From Cetorhinus maximus (Eukaryota), in assembly GCF_964194155.1 (NCBI RefSeq), contig NC_135887.1, positions 63,798,001 to 63,862,000 on the forward strand: a DNA stretch of 64,000 nucleotides, in the 5' to 3' direction. The notes beneath the pieces are model-generated. The model saw only the letters and a list, made by a program, of their open reading frames with translations, was not told where the DNA came from and made no database searches. Shown here piece by piece: positions 1 to 11,961 of this stretch. How positions within the stretch are numbered: the first letter of the stretch is position 1; each line of letters opens with the position of its first letter. Made by a program: the position numbers and the translations under genes.

Positions 1-844
1 TCATTTCCACCCATGTGTTGATGAACTGGAGCACAGTGTTGTTGTCTGTTCAAATGGAAAGTGATTGGCCTTGAAGTCCAATGTGATGGTCATTGCGATT
101 AAAGCCTGTTGATCTGATAGTCTGGACACTGCTGGAGGCACCATGGGTGAAAAATTGGGTCTGCTAGCAACTGTTATTTTGGGTGCTATGAATTTGTTTT
201 GAACTCCAAGCATTGGGTCAATCATGATGAGCACCATATTGGTGCAGGTGTTAATGTGCACATTAACGATTAATGCGAACAGTCAGATGTATGCAGAGCA
301 ACCAGATTGTGATATCAATCAGTCTGCAATACTTATTTAATCTCAGCAGCATCATTTTAGAGGTCCAAGCTCCAGCTAAACCATCTCTCGACTTCACACA
401 GCTGAATAAGTGTTCAATAACAGGAAGGACCCACTCCACCTGTGCTATCTCAAGGAACTGGCATACCTAGAGGTTAATTGCTGGTTGATTTCTTCCCGCT
501 GTTGTTTTGATTCTACAAGTGTTAGGTGCTTTCTAAAACTGTTTCAAGTTGCTAAAATCTACTGCAAACAGTTTGGCAAATCCAGAAGCACATTTTGCTT
601 CTTCATAAATCAGTTGCTCCCAGACATGTGTGCACAAGTAGCCATTCCCCTTGGAGGATGCACAAAGGACACATAGAGCAGGGCAAGCTGTCTGAAGAGA
701 GAGGAGGAGGGGGTAGAAGGGTTGGGGGAAAAGCTTTCAGCAGGAAGTCATATCCACCCAGAGTGTTCAGGGCGCATTCACCTATCTCAACCTCAGCTGT
801 GAACAAGGTGGGGTGTTTGATACCATGGAGAGGGTCAGTTTGAT

Positions 845-1860
845 CCAGAGCTCATGGGTTGATACATTAGCATGGATAGAGCATCAGTAAGCTAACAGGA
901 AAAAGGTTGGGATAAATGGGTCATTTTCAGGTTTGCAAACTGCAACTCGTGGAGAGCCTCAGATCAGTGCTTGGGCCTCAACTATTTGCTACCTATGTGC
1001 ATGACTTGGATGAAGGAGGTGACAATATTATAGCCAAATTTGCTGACGATAGGGAAGAAAGCAAGTTGTGAGGAGGATACAAAGTGTCTGTAAAGGGATT
1101 TAGAAAGGTTAAGTGAACTGGCAAAAATTTGGCAGATGGAGTATAATGTGGGAAACAGAGTCACAGCCCTATCACTTCAAACCTTCAAGGTCCATCTTTA
1201 GATCAATTTCATTTAAAAGTTTTCATTCTCAAGACTATCATCTCAGCAGCTCATGCTGGTTTAGCTAGCACGACCCATATACGCATATTACTGAGATGCC
1301 GACACAACAAAAAAACTAAAGCAGAAGCAAAAGGAGTTTGTCCGCTTCAGCAGGAAGAATAGAAAAGCAGAATATTATTTAACTGGACAGAGAATGCAGA
1401 ACTGTATGGCACAGAGGGATCTGGGTGTCCTGGTACATGAAGAGTATCAGGGACAGACAGGAAAGTTGAGCCTAAGGCCACAGGGTCACAATCAGATCAG
1501 CCATGATCTTATCAAATGGTGATGCAGACTCAAGGGGCCAAATGGCCTACTCTTGCTCCTAATTCGTATGTTTGTATTTTTGTAAAAATAAAGGGACTCC
1601 CATTTCAGATGGAGATGAGGAGGAATTTCTTCTCTGAGAGAACCATTAATTGTTGGAATACGCTTCCCTAGACAGCAGTGGAGGCTGGGTCACTGAATAT
1701 ACTTGAGGCTGACTTAGATTTTTCATTGACAAGGGAGTTGAGGGTTATGGGCAACAGGCAGGAAAGTAGAGTTAAGGCGACAATTAGATCAACTATGATC
1801 TTACTGAATGGTAGAGCAGGCTCAAGAGGACGAATGACCTACTCTTGCTCCTATTTCTCA
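845..1860 (+). mobile_element. Degenerate CR1 LINE fragments (RT pieces and two 3' UTR ends)
   Basis: AAATTTGCTGACGAT (KFADD) and TGGCAGATGGAGTATAAT (WQMEYN). CR1 3' UTR motif GATCAGCCATGATC...AATGGCCTACTCTTGCTCCT at about 1495-1560 and a variant at about 1790-1850. Confidence 0.8.
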
Positions 1861-1892
1861 AATCTAATGATCTTATAGGGAGGGAGGAGAGG

Positions 1893-2545
1893 GAGGGTCC
1901 GATTGATGCCATGTGGGGACGGGGTGGGGTGGAGGGTCCGATTGATGCCATGTGGGGACGGGGTGGGGCGGAGGGTCCGATTGATGCCATGGGGACGGGG
2001 TGGGGCGGAGGGTCCGATTGATGCCATGGGGACGGGGCGGGGCGGAGGGTCCGACTGATGCCATGGGGACGGGGTGGGGCGGACGGTCCGATTGATGCCA
2101 TGGGGACGGGGTGGGGCGGACGGTCCGATTGATGCCATGGGGACGGGGTGGGGCGGACGGTCCGATTGATGCCATGGGGACGGGGTGGGGCGGACGGTCC
2201 GATTGATGCCATGGGGACGGGGTGGGGCGGACGGTCCGATTGATGCCATGGGGACGGGGTGGGGCGGACGGTCCGATTGATGCCATGGGGACGGGGTGGG
2301 GCGGACGGTCCGATTGATGCCATGGGGACGGGGTGGGGCGGACGGTCCGATTGATGCCATGGGGACGGGGTGGGGCGGACGGTCCGATTGATGTCATGGG
2401 GACGGGGTGGGGTGGAGGGTCCGATTGATGCCATGGGGATGGGGTGGGGTGGAGGGTCCGATTGATGCCATGGGGATGGGGTGGGGCGGAGGGTCTGATT
2501 GATCCCATGGGGAAGGGGGAGGGTCTAATTGATCCCATGGGGAGG
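1893..2545. repeat. 37-bp G-rich minisatellite, about 17 copies
   Basis: Unit GGTCCGATTGATGCCATGGGGACGGGGTGGGGCGGAC. Central copies are identical; edge copies are diverged. Confidence 0.95.
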
Positions 2546-2819
2546 GTTGGACAATTTAAAATGAGGGACACCTCAACAATTGGGGTAGTAGACGGTAGTT
2601 ACTGGCAATACTCGAGAATGTGCAGCAATGGGTGCTGGTGGGGTTGGAGAGATGAGGGATGGTCTTGATAGTCATCAACTCAATAAAATAATTAATCACT
2701 CAACTTTAAGATTACATCCCTTGCAACATTCCACATATAAAATGTTTTACTTACAGTCTGCCTCCTTCACCCTGTCCACGTTCCTATTGTTCCTCTCCAC
2801 ACAAAAACACTTTATTAAA

Positions 2820-5800
2820 CATTTAACATTTATTAACTACTAGAAACTATATACCTAGGCACAGTAAAGGTCTAAGCTATGAGCCATCTCCAAGTCTGCT
2901 TCTACACACAGCTCTATCCAACACTACACTGACTCCTTAGTGGTCATGTGTTTTCTTACATCAATATGTGGGCGGTTCTGTACTCAGTCCTATGTTAACC
3001 CTTTATATGCCAGAACCTCTACTGCACCTCCGCCAAGTCTTTATTCAATTTATTTACAAGTCATCCCAGTTTACTCTATCATTACTACAACCCCATCTTC
3101 CTCCCTCTCAGGTCTCTGAGTTCATAGGTTCAGGTGGTTTGGAGGCCTTATAATCCTTCCATATCATGTTCTCTCTGCTGTCGGAGGAGCAGTAGGTTCT
3201 ATCACTGCAGCTAAACTTTGTTGAATCTGAAGTTATACTGGCATCCGGGTGTCTTTTCGCCCTCTTTTTCTGTTCTTTGGCATTGAATCGCTCTTTATCG
3301 ACCCCTAAATTATAGTGATAGAAGGCGGTTGGTTTATCCCACTCTTTATGGGGCGGACAAACGCTGGACTCATCTCTATAGTGTTTTTATCTCTTCTTTT
3401 GTGTGACTTGCCATGACCTGCACTGGGATGGAAGATGGCTCTTTCTGTTGTGAGGGTGTGGCTTGGTAGTAAGCTAATCTTCGTGTTTGGCTGTATGGAG
3501 TTCTGTCACCAATGGATGGCTGCTATTGGGTTCCAATATCGTTTGTGGCACTGCCATGCTGGCTGGGATTGCAGCATCTGCTCTGTGGTCTCAGGGTTTA
3601 TCTCTCCAACTGGCATTGGAGCTGGAGATTGAGGCTCTTCCCATTGCTGGATCCTCTATTAACTGTCAGCTTCTCGAGGTATCAAGTGTTGGCTGGTCTG
3701 ACCAATGAGGGGCTTCTGGCACCTGTAACAAAAGTGAACAAACCTGCTCTGCAAAGAGAGAAGACAATTCAGAGCTGAAGTCCCAGTCGAGAGAATCTTT
3801 CTTGTTGGAGCCCTTAGGAACTTGCAGATCTGTATCATTTATGATGGTGGTTGTCTTGACATCTTCTGCCATTTTGAGGAGATTCAGGGCGATACGGCAT
3901 CTCTGCTCAAGAGAAAGTGACTGGTTACAGATGGGATTCCTCCAGGCCCATAAAGTCTGTTGTTTGTAACTAGATGTCTCTCAGCCATGGATCTTTGTCC
4001 GATAGGACCTGAACACTGGCTCCTGTGTCCAATTTAAAGTTTGTGAGATGGCCATTAACCAAGATGTCCACGTTCCAAAACGAAAATCCAGGACATTTGA
4101 CCTCACCTAAGAAGCATGGCTCTGTGTCCTCTCGTGTGCTGTGTCGACTCATTAATCATCTGTGCATTTGATGTTTTGGCTTTGCACAGCTTTTTGAAGT
4201 GTCCTATTCAGTGTCATGAAAAGCTGAATATAACCATGAATTACTTACTTTTTAAGGAATTTTTAAAGAACTTTTTAAGGAAGATTTGCGTGTTTTTAAA
4301 GAAATACAAGCAAGAAAATTGAGCAAAAGATGGCTGATATGTAATGTGACCACTGTCTGGAAAATTCCAATGTGGATTATACGGAAAGACCTGTCCTGAG
4401 AGAACATGGAATGTCGTACCTGAAAAGATGTCATGGCCCGCTTCAAGCAGAGTCACTTGAAAAGGAAATAGGAAAGATGCAAAAGGCTGAACTTTAATCT
4501 CCTGTGGTTGCGGAGACAAAAGACTGATTTGCATGTCTCAGCAGTCACCCAAAAATCCATCTCCTGTTGATTTATATCTCAGAATGTGTAAAATGGTTGG
4601 AGATAAAAGAAAGCAGATTCTGGATGCAAGACATGGTTTACACAGGACTGCTCAGGGAAAAATTGGTCAAAAGGCTAGCTGTAGAGCAGTGCAGTGTGTC
4701 CTGGTGTGCTATGAGAGTGACAGCACAAGAATACCAACTAGCCACCCCTGCAGTTGCAGGTGAAGTCTCTCTCTCTCTCTCTCTGTTGCTGGAGGCAAGG
4801 CTTAGCAAAAGCCACAATCAATAAGTAAATAGGACAGCTTCTTCAGCTACCCTGCAGAACCAAGTGTATCCAAACCAACTATGCAACTGCCAAAGTCAGC
4901 TCTACAGGAATCACCCAACTTAGCCACAACATACCACCATCTACATCTCAGGGACAAGCCAAAGACTGATCTGTATATTTCATTAAAGTTTTATTTGGCT
5001 CTTAGCTTCTCATTTCTGATCTGTGTGTATGTGTGTTATGTTTTTATTTTTTTTCTCAGGGCTTTAGTAACTAATAAACTTACTCTTTATTTGACTCAAA
5101 AAAGCCTGGTTAAATTTCCTCCTTCTAAAAACTAAATACATTTTGACGGGGAAAAGGGATCCATGGGGAGGAGCAATCCCTTTTAAATTAACCTTGTTGC
5201 AACCAACCGAGAACGTTGAATAAAGAAGGGGAGTCAGCTCATTCCTCCTCACCTGGGAGTATAACAAAATTGGGGTCCTGTTCGGGAAGATAACAAATTG
5301 GGGGACCTCACCCGGGGACTGGTTGTAACATCGGTTACATTGAAAACATTGGGCTGAAATTGCCGGACATTGATCTCGCCTGTGGGAGCTCTTTGCTTCA
5401 CAGTGCTGGCATGGTCACTTTACTCATTGGTTAGGGTATTGCTTCCCTTGGTCTGAAGTGTCCCTGTTTCACTAAGTAGATAGTGGGGTTTACTTTGTAC
5501 CATGGTTTGCTTTCTCCCCTAAATATGGATCTGTGTTGCAAACAGATTTCAGATTGCCTGACAACCTGCGTGCCTTTCTCAATGGTTAGGTCTTCCTTCA
5601 CTTGAAGCATGTCTGAGAGTGCGTCATTCATTACTCTTACAAATATTCAGTGCACCGTGATCACAGCCTTCGGCCATTCCGTACAGCTCATTAATAAAGG
5701 AGTTGACAGGTTCTCCTGTCTGCTAGACACGTTTATTAAATTTAGCCCTTTCAAGGGTTTGTTACTTCTGAGGTTAATATAGACATTGAATGATTTTAAA

Positions 5801-6785
5801 ACTTCATCAAATTTTGCAGATGATTTGCTAATTCCTTGTCTAGCTATTATATTATTGACTATCGGGCCTACCATACCTGAAGCAATCATGCATCTAAGCC
5901 AGGGTCCCTAATTTGGCGATTGATCTGAGTCTTGGATAAGTCCAAACTGATCTGGAAGAGCGGATTTCTGATCCATGGTTAAAAATTTTAAATTGCAGGT
6001 TCAGCTTTAAGAGGTTTCCAAAAATCTAAGATGGTGCCGCAATGCGCTTCTTCACAAAGGGTTTTCCCCACACTTGCTGGTTTTGCTGTAACCACCTTCG
6101 TGATCTTAGCATTTAAATTTTTTCAACAATGGCTGCCTGGATCGACTGGTTAGAGTCTTCCCCATTTAGGACAATGTTCTCAGATCTTTGAAGCGTCAAA
6201 TCCTGGCTTTTGCTAGGTTTTTAATTTGCCTATTCAGACTCGATTAATTTTTAATTAATGTTTTTTTCTCGCTTTGGAGCAAGTTCGGCCGCCACGAGTT
6301 CAGGCGCCGACTTGGGAATCGGGTTTCTCAGACTGCAATTTAAACAGCAATTTCTGGCCACTGCAGTATTTAACATATTTCTGGACTTGTGTTGTCCAGG
6401 AATTTTAAATTTTTACCTCACCCCTGCTGGGTCTGCTGACTCTGTATTGAAGCTGGACTTCCATTGGATTCAATGGAGTCTCCTGCTGCAGTGAGTAATT
6501 TAATTTATACCTTCAGCTTCCAAGCCTTTTTTGGAGCTTTTCTCTGGTGATTTCCTTCTGCGCCTTCACTTCTTGAGCTTTTCTTCAGGTCAGGATGCTT
6601 CTTTGATTTTATTCTTCAGTTTTTTAGGGTTTTAATTTTCATCTGCAGTCTCTGCGAGGTTTTGAGTTGTCCATTCGTTGCCACCATGTTGTAAAGTGTG
6701 GGGCATAGTTCAGTAGGTCTTATTGGGGTATTCTTAGTCTTAGATAATTCAACAGTATTTATTAATTACTAGAGACTATATACGG
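2820..6785 (-). mobile_element. Degenerate, internally deleted Ty3/Gypsy LTR retrotransposon (gag and protease only)
   Basis: Gag-like DLTIEKGTQVVRQSE (5431-5631) and KFNKRV*QTGEPVNSFINELYGMAEGC. Split CCHC knuckle. Protease FKLDTGAS (3970-4152). Pol-like end RPPNHLNL* near 3125-3150. PBS TGGTGGCAAC next to the LTR edge at 6687. Partial LTR match TTTATTAA.TACTAGA.ACTATA at about 2830 and 6757. No RT or integrase recognised. Confidence 0.75.
4212..5330 (+). mobile_element. Solo LTR inserted in the Gypsy gag
   Basis: TGTCATG...TGTAACA termini; 4-bp TSD TCAG/TCGG; internal AATAAA. Removing it restores the host CX2CX4HX4C motif. Confidence 0.85.
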
Positions 6786-6789
6786 GCAG

Positions 6790-8329
6790 GGCAAGCTGTT
6801 GATGGTTGGGGGTGGGGCTGGGCAGTGCCAGTTGGGGGCAGGGCCAGGTAGTGATGATGGGGTGAAGCCAGGTGGTGACGGTTGGGAGCGAGGCAGGGCG
6901 GTGACGGTTGGGAGCAAGGCTGGGTGGTGATGGTTGGGAGCGTGGCGGGGCGGTGATGGTTTGGGGCGGGGCTGGGGATGGCGGTTACATACTGGGCTGG
7001 CTGCTCACAGTGTGGTAGCGGCTGGGCGGTGACAGTTGGGCAGATGGCCAAACGGTGGTGTTCGGGATTGGATGGTGATGGCTGGGGTTTGGCCGGGGGG
7101 TGATGGTTAGGGCCGGGATGCTGGTTGAGGCTTGGGTGTGGAGACTTACGGTGACAGTTGGGAGTGGGCCAGAGGTCTCAGTTTGTGGTGGTCCCGGGCG
7201 GTGACAGTTCAGGGTGGGGCCAGGTATTGGGGGTGGGGCTGGACGGTAATGGTTGCAGTGAGCTAGGGTGTGTCAGTTGGGGCGGATCCAGGAGGTGACG
7301 GTTGGGTTGTGAGCCGCGGAGTGATGGTTGGGGTCCTGTCCGGGGTTGGCCATTAGGAGGTTGGGCTGGGAGACTGACATTGGGGGCAAGGCTGTTGTGG
7401 TGATTGTTGTGGGTGGGGCCCGGTGGTGACAAGGGAGGGAGTCCAGGGGTTTGGGGGCAGGCCTGCTGTTTTGGGGGGCGGGACTGTGTGTTGTGGTGGT
7501 GCTGGCATTTGGGAGGCAGGGGTGGGGAGTTGGGGGCGTGTCAGGTATTTGGCAGGGCTGGGGGTGTTGACAATTGATTCCACAGCTAGGGGTTTTGGAG
7601 ATAGGACCCAGAGTTTGGTGGTGTGGCCAGTCTTTTGATAGCAGGCCAGGATTTTTGGGTGGTGCTGGGGGTTTGGGAGCAGGACTGGGGTATTTGGTGG
7701 GGTGGGGCATGCAGTTTGTGAGCGGTGCTGGGCATGTTGACGAATGAGAGAGCATCCAGGGTCTTAGGGGTCCGTGCAATCGGTATAGGGGGCAATGCCA
7801 GGGTTTATGGCTTTGGGGTTTGTGGGCGCGGCTGTGGTTTTGGGGCGGGGCTCTGGTAGGCTTGGAGCAGAGCCTGGTGTTTGGGGGCGGAGCTACGGCT
7901 GTTGACGATTGAGTGCGAAGCGGGGACGTTCTGAGCGTTGCTAAGGGCATGGCCCAGGGATGGTTTACAGTTGGGGGGGTGGTGCCAGGGGGTTGAGGGC
8001 GGGGCCGTTGGTTTGGGGTGGGGCCAGGAAATGTTGCCTGTTGGAAGCGGGGCCTGGTGTTACGACGGTCGTGCCATGGCTGGCGGTCGGGGCAGGAGGC
8101 GGTTGACATTTGGAAACGGGGCCGGAAGATGGTTTGCGGTTGGGGTTGGGCGGGGCCGTGTGGTTGTTGATGGTTGGGGGCGGGGCCAGGTGGTGGTTGA
8201 CAGCTGGGGTTGAGCAGGGAGGTGGCTGACGGTTGGGGGCGGGGCTAGGTGGTGGTTGACAGCTGGGGTTGGGCAAGGCGGTGGCTGACAGTTGGGGGCG
8301 GGGCCGGTGCTCGCGCGCTGGCGGGGGAG
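6790..8329 (+). promoter_or_regulatory. G-rich degenerate tandem array with GC boxes, directly upstream of the ATG (putative promoter/5' UTR)
   Basis: Recurrent units of about 28-30 nt such as GGTGGTTGACAGTTGGGGGCGGGGCCAG. Several GGGGCGGGGC Sp1-type boxes between about 7840 and 8305. TSS cannot be determined. Confidence 0.55.
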
Positions 8330-8396
8330 ATGCCGGTTGTGGCGAAGGGAGATGGGATGCGGGGTTTAGCTGTCTTTATATCGGATATTAGAAATT
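8330..8396 (+). CDS. AP2A2: AP-2 complex subunit alpha (AP2A2-like), coding exon 1
   Basis: ATG at 8330 gives [23 protein letters not shown], the alpha-adaptin N-terminus. 67 nt, donor GTGAGT at 8397. Confidence 0.95.
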
Positions 8397-8719
8397 GTGA
8401 GTATCAGGGCTGAGGAATAACTGATAGAATCCCCCCTCCACCATCGGGGTAAACAACCCTCCCCCCGGGGTAAAGACCTCAACCCCTGACACTGGGGCCA
8501 ACATCCCCCCCCTCCCGCCCTAGGGTAAGCAGCCCCCTTGGGGGCTAACACTGCCCCCCTCCACCGCTCGGGGGTTAACACCGCCCCCCCGCGTGTTAAC
8601 ACTGCCCCCCGGGGGTTAACTCCTCTCTGGGTGGAGCGGATGTTTTCAGGGGATTCTTTTCAATGGACATCGGTGGGAAAGCTCTGCGCTGGCCAGAGCC
8701 ATTTCCAGCATGATGGAAG

Positions 8720-10305
8720 GTGAATGGGGGCCCATCATCTCAGCCCCAGGACATCAGTGTAATCAGGGAGGAATAAATCAATGAGAGAGGAAACGTTAAC
8801 ACCTTTGAAGCTGGATTAATCCCCAGGCCTGATGAAATGTATCCCAGGCTGTTAAGGGAAGTGGAGACCGAGGCCATCATTTTCCAATCGCCTCTTTCTA
8901 TGGGCATGGTGCCAGAGGACTGGAGAACAGCTGGCATTGTACCATTGTCTAAAGAGGGAGAAAGGGAGAGACCGAGTAATTACAGACCAGTCAGTCTAAC
9001 CTCGGTAATGGGAATATTACTGGAAAATATTCTGAGAGACAGGATAAGTCTTCATTTTGAAAGTCATGGTTTAATCAAAGGCAGTCAACATGGATTTGTT
9101 AAGGGAAGTTCATGTCTGACGAGCATTGAATTTTTTGAGGTGATAACAAGGAGCGTTGATGAGGGTAATGCATTTGATGTAGTGTATTTGGCTTTTAGCA
9201 AGGGTTTTGATACGGCTTCACATGACAGACTGGTCACGACAGTAAAACCCCATTGGATCCAGCGAAGTGACAAATAGGATCCACAGTTAGCTCAGTGGCA
9301 GGAAGCAAAGGATAATGGTCGTTGGGTTTTTCTGTGACCATAAGGCTGTTTCCAGTGTGGTTCTGCAGTACTAGGCCCATTGCTTTTTGCACTATCTATC
9401 AGTGATTTGGACTTGAATCTCGGGCTATGATTTAGATATTTGAAGATGATTCAGAAATTGGGTGTATGGTTGATAATGAAAAAGAAAGCTGTCAACTGCA
9501 GGAAAATATCAATGGACTAGTCAGGTGTATGGAACATACGAACAAGGAGCAGGAGTAGGCCATTCAGCACCCTGAGCCTGCTCCACCACCTAATAAGATC
9601 ATGGCTAATGGAGTTCAATATGGAGAAAATGTAAGCTAATGCTTTGGGCGAAGGCGAACAAGGTATAAGAACACCCAAGGAATGGTTTGATATTTGAGAA
9701 GCGTAGAGGAAAGAGGGAGCTTAGAGAGCATGTCCACAGATCCCTGAAGTTGTTTGGTTAGGAAGGTGTAGGGGATGCCTGTCTTTAATTGCTGAAATAT
9801 AGAATATAAGAGCTGGAAGTTTATCCTGGAGTAGTTTGTACAGTTCTGGTCACTGCACTACACGAAAGATGTGATTGCACTAGAGCAGATTTATGAGGAT
9901 GTTACCAGGACTGGAGTATTTAATTCTGAGGAAAGATTGGATAGGCTGGGGTTGTTTTCTTTGGATCAGAAGCTGAAGAGAGATTTAAGGGAAGTGTATA
10001 AAACTGAAAAGGGTTAAAATAATGTGGTTAGGAAGGCCCTATTCCCCTGGATTGAGGTTACCCCAACCAGGGTAAGAGGTAGAGGGATTTGAGGGGAAAT
10101 TGTTTCACCCAGAGGGTGATGCGTATCTGGAACTTGCTGCCTGACAGGGTGGTAGGCTCGTTATATTTAAAGTTCTTGGATATGCCATAACCTACAAGGC
10201 TATAGACCAAGAGGTGGAAATTGAGATTAAACTGGATAGCTCCTTGTTGGCTTATGTGGAAATGATGGGCTGAATGGCCTCCTTCCATACTGTCAATTTC
10301 TATGA
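8720..10305 (+). mobile_element. 5'-truncated CR1 LINE (ORF2 RT region to 3' UTR), degenerate
   Basis: ORF 8837..9277 VPEDWR...NYRPVSLTS...QHGFVKG...VVYLAFSKGFD. CR1 tail near 10270-10305. Small reverse CR1 3' end at about 9535-9607. Confidence 0.9.
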
Positions 10306-10871
10306 TCAGGATTAGTTTCTCCCTGCCTCCCCTCACCACTCCCCACTTCCTCCACCAACAACCCCTACCCCGGCCCCATCTATGGAGTCCAGAACCATTG
10401 TGGCCATTTCTAGTGTCCATTCTGAGAGTAACAACACACAGTCACATTCTGACCTACACATGTCATGTTGGAGCCAAAGAGGTTCAAAGTTTCTCCCTAT
10501 AACTCACTTTAAATCAGCCAATTGATCTTTAGCAGGGCAATGGCAGATTCTTCACTCCCGTTGGTGCCTGTGATTTGCCTCCTTCATGAGCCCCTGATGG
10601 GGAAAATCTGGCAGATCTTCCAAAAGGCACGTTTGGTTTTCCAGGAGCTGGAAGTTCATTCCATTATTATGCAGTGGGAGCAGCTGGGTGGACAAGATAA
10701 TTGAAGGTTTATGATTAGCTCATTTTCTACCCATAGGCAATTTGTCCCATCCCTTCACCTGGAGATCTGTCACGTGTACAGTACAGTACATAAAACCAAG
10801 TAAAATAATTTTTGTTTTTGAGTTTTAGTTCCTCAAACAATAAATATTTATCCTTGTATTCCCACAAACAG

Positions 10872-10940
10872 GCAAAAGCAAAGAAGCAGAAATAAAGCGA
10901 ATCAACAAAGAATTGGCAAACATTCGTTCTAAGTTTAAAG
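10872..10940 (+). CDS. AP2A2: AP2A2-like exon 2
   Basis: CAG acceptor; (C)[23 protein letters not shown]; 69 nt; GTAAGG donor; phases match neighbouring exons. Confidence 0.96.
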
Positions 10941-11274
10941 GTAAGGATTGAGCCCATAGGGTAGAGGAGCCTTGTGATTATGGGTGCTGGATCAGCAACT
11001 TAAAGGCCAAAAGTTCAAACTCAGCCCCAGGAAAGATGCAGATTACCTTGGAAATTATCATTATTTTGGATTAGCTGGAAAGGAAACCCAGTCACCTCTA
11101 GTCAGGCTGACCCACAAGTGGTTTCAGTGCCTTGCCATGTGATTGCCTCTCAATACACTTTGCAGTGGTTTTACAAGTTGTAATTGCAAAAGAATTGCTA
11201 CTCATTTCTTAAAATCATGAGCATCCAGTGCCAGACAATAAATGCAGCCTTGCCAGCAGCAAATACTGCTGCTT

Positions 11275-11590
11275 AGGCGACACCTTCCAAATCCGTGACC
11301 GCTGCCATCTAGGACAACGGCAGCAGACACATGGGAACACCACCGCCTGGAAGTTCCCCTCCAAGCCACTCGCCACCCTGACTTGGAAATATATCGCCGT
11401 TCCTTCACTGTCGCTGGGTCAAAATTCTGGAACTCTCTCCCAACAGCACTGTGGGTGTACCCACACCACATGGACTGCAGCGATTCAGGAAGGCAGCTCA
11501 CCACCATCTTCTTGAGGGCAACTAGGGCTGGGCAATAAATACTGGCCCAGCCAACAATGCCCACACCCCATGAATGAATAAAAAAAAAAT
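11275..11590 (+). mobile_element. 3' end of an L2/CR1-group LINE
   Basis: TGGAACTCTCTCCC (WNSLP), AATAAA and a TGAATGAAT plus A-rich tail. The same family occurs on the - strand at 15992-16978. Confidence 0.7.
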
Positions 11591-11961
11591 TGTCCTGAAA
11601 CACATGAAGTAAAAGGACCCCACCATACTGAAATCCACTGTTTACATGTACAGCAGGCAGTAGTAATTGGGATATCTTGGGAATGGGCCATTAGGTTCAG
11701 CAACTCCATCCTTTTTGATCAACCCTATACACACAGCCTTCCTCCATATCCCTTAATTCTTCTCTTTAGAAAAACTCTAATTGTATCTCTAAGTTATTTA
11801 TACTGTTGCCTGCAAACCTACTGCACAAATCATTTTGGTGGTAAAGGCTACCCCTCTGACTTCCCTTCTTGTTTTTGAGATAAATAGTGAAACACTATGA
11901 ACAATTTGTCTGCTTCAGGTATCAGTTTCCTTCACGATGAAAACTTTGTTCTGCAGATGAT

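Noticed and set aside
1-840. Short ORFs at the window start as a neighbouring gene
   Set aside because: No recognisable homology or consistent exon structure; left unannotated.
1793-2571. Three overlapping Pro/His-rich ORFs of 169-232 aa, and a superficial resemblance to a CRISPR array
   Set aside because: They are translations of a stop-free 37-bp tandem repeat. There are no unique spacers, no cas genes, and the context is eukaryotic.
7273-8109. 278-aa proline-rich minus-strand ORF
   Set aside because: A by-product of the C-rich strand of the G-rich array, with no domain or splice support.
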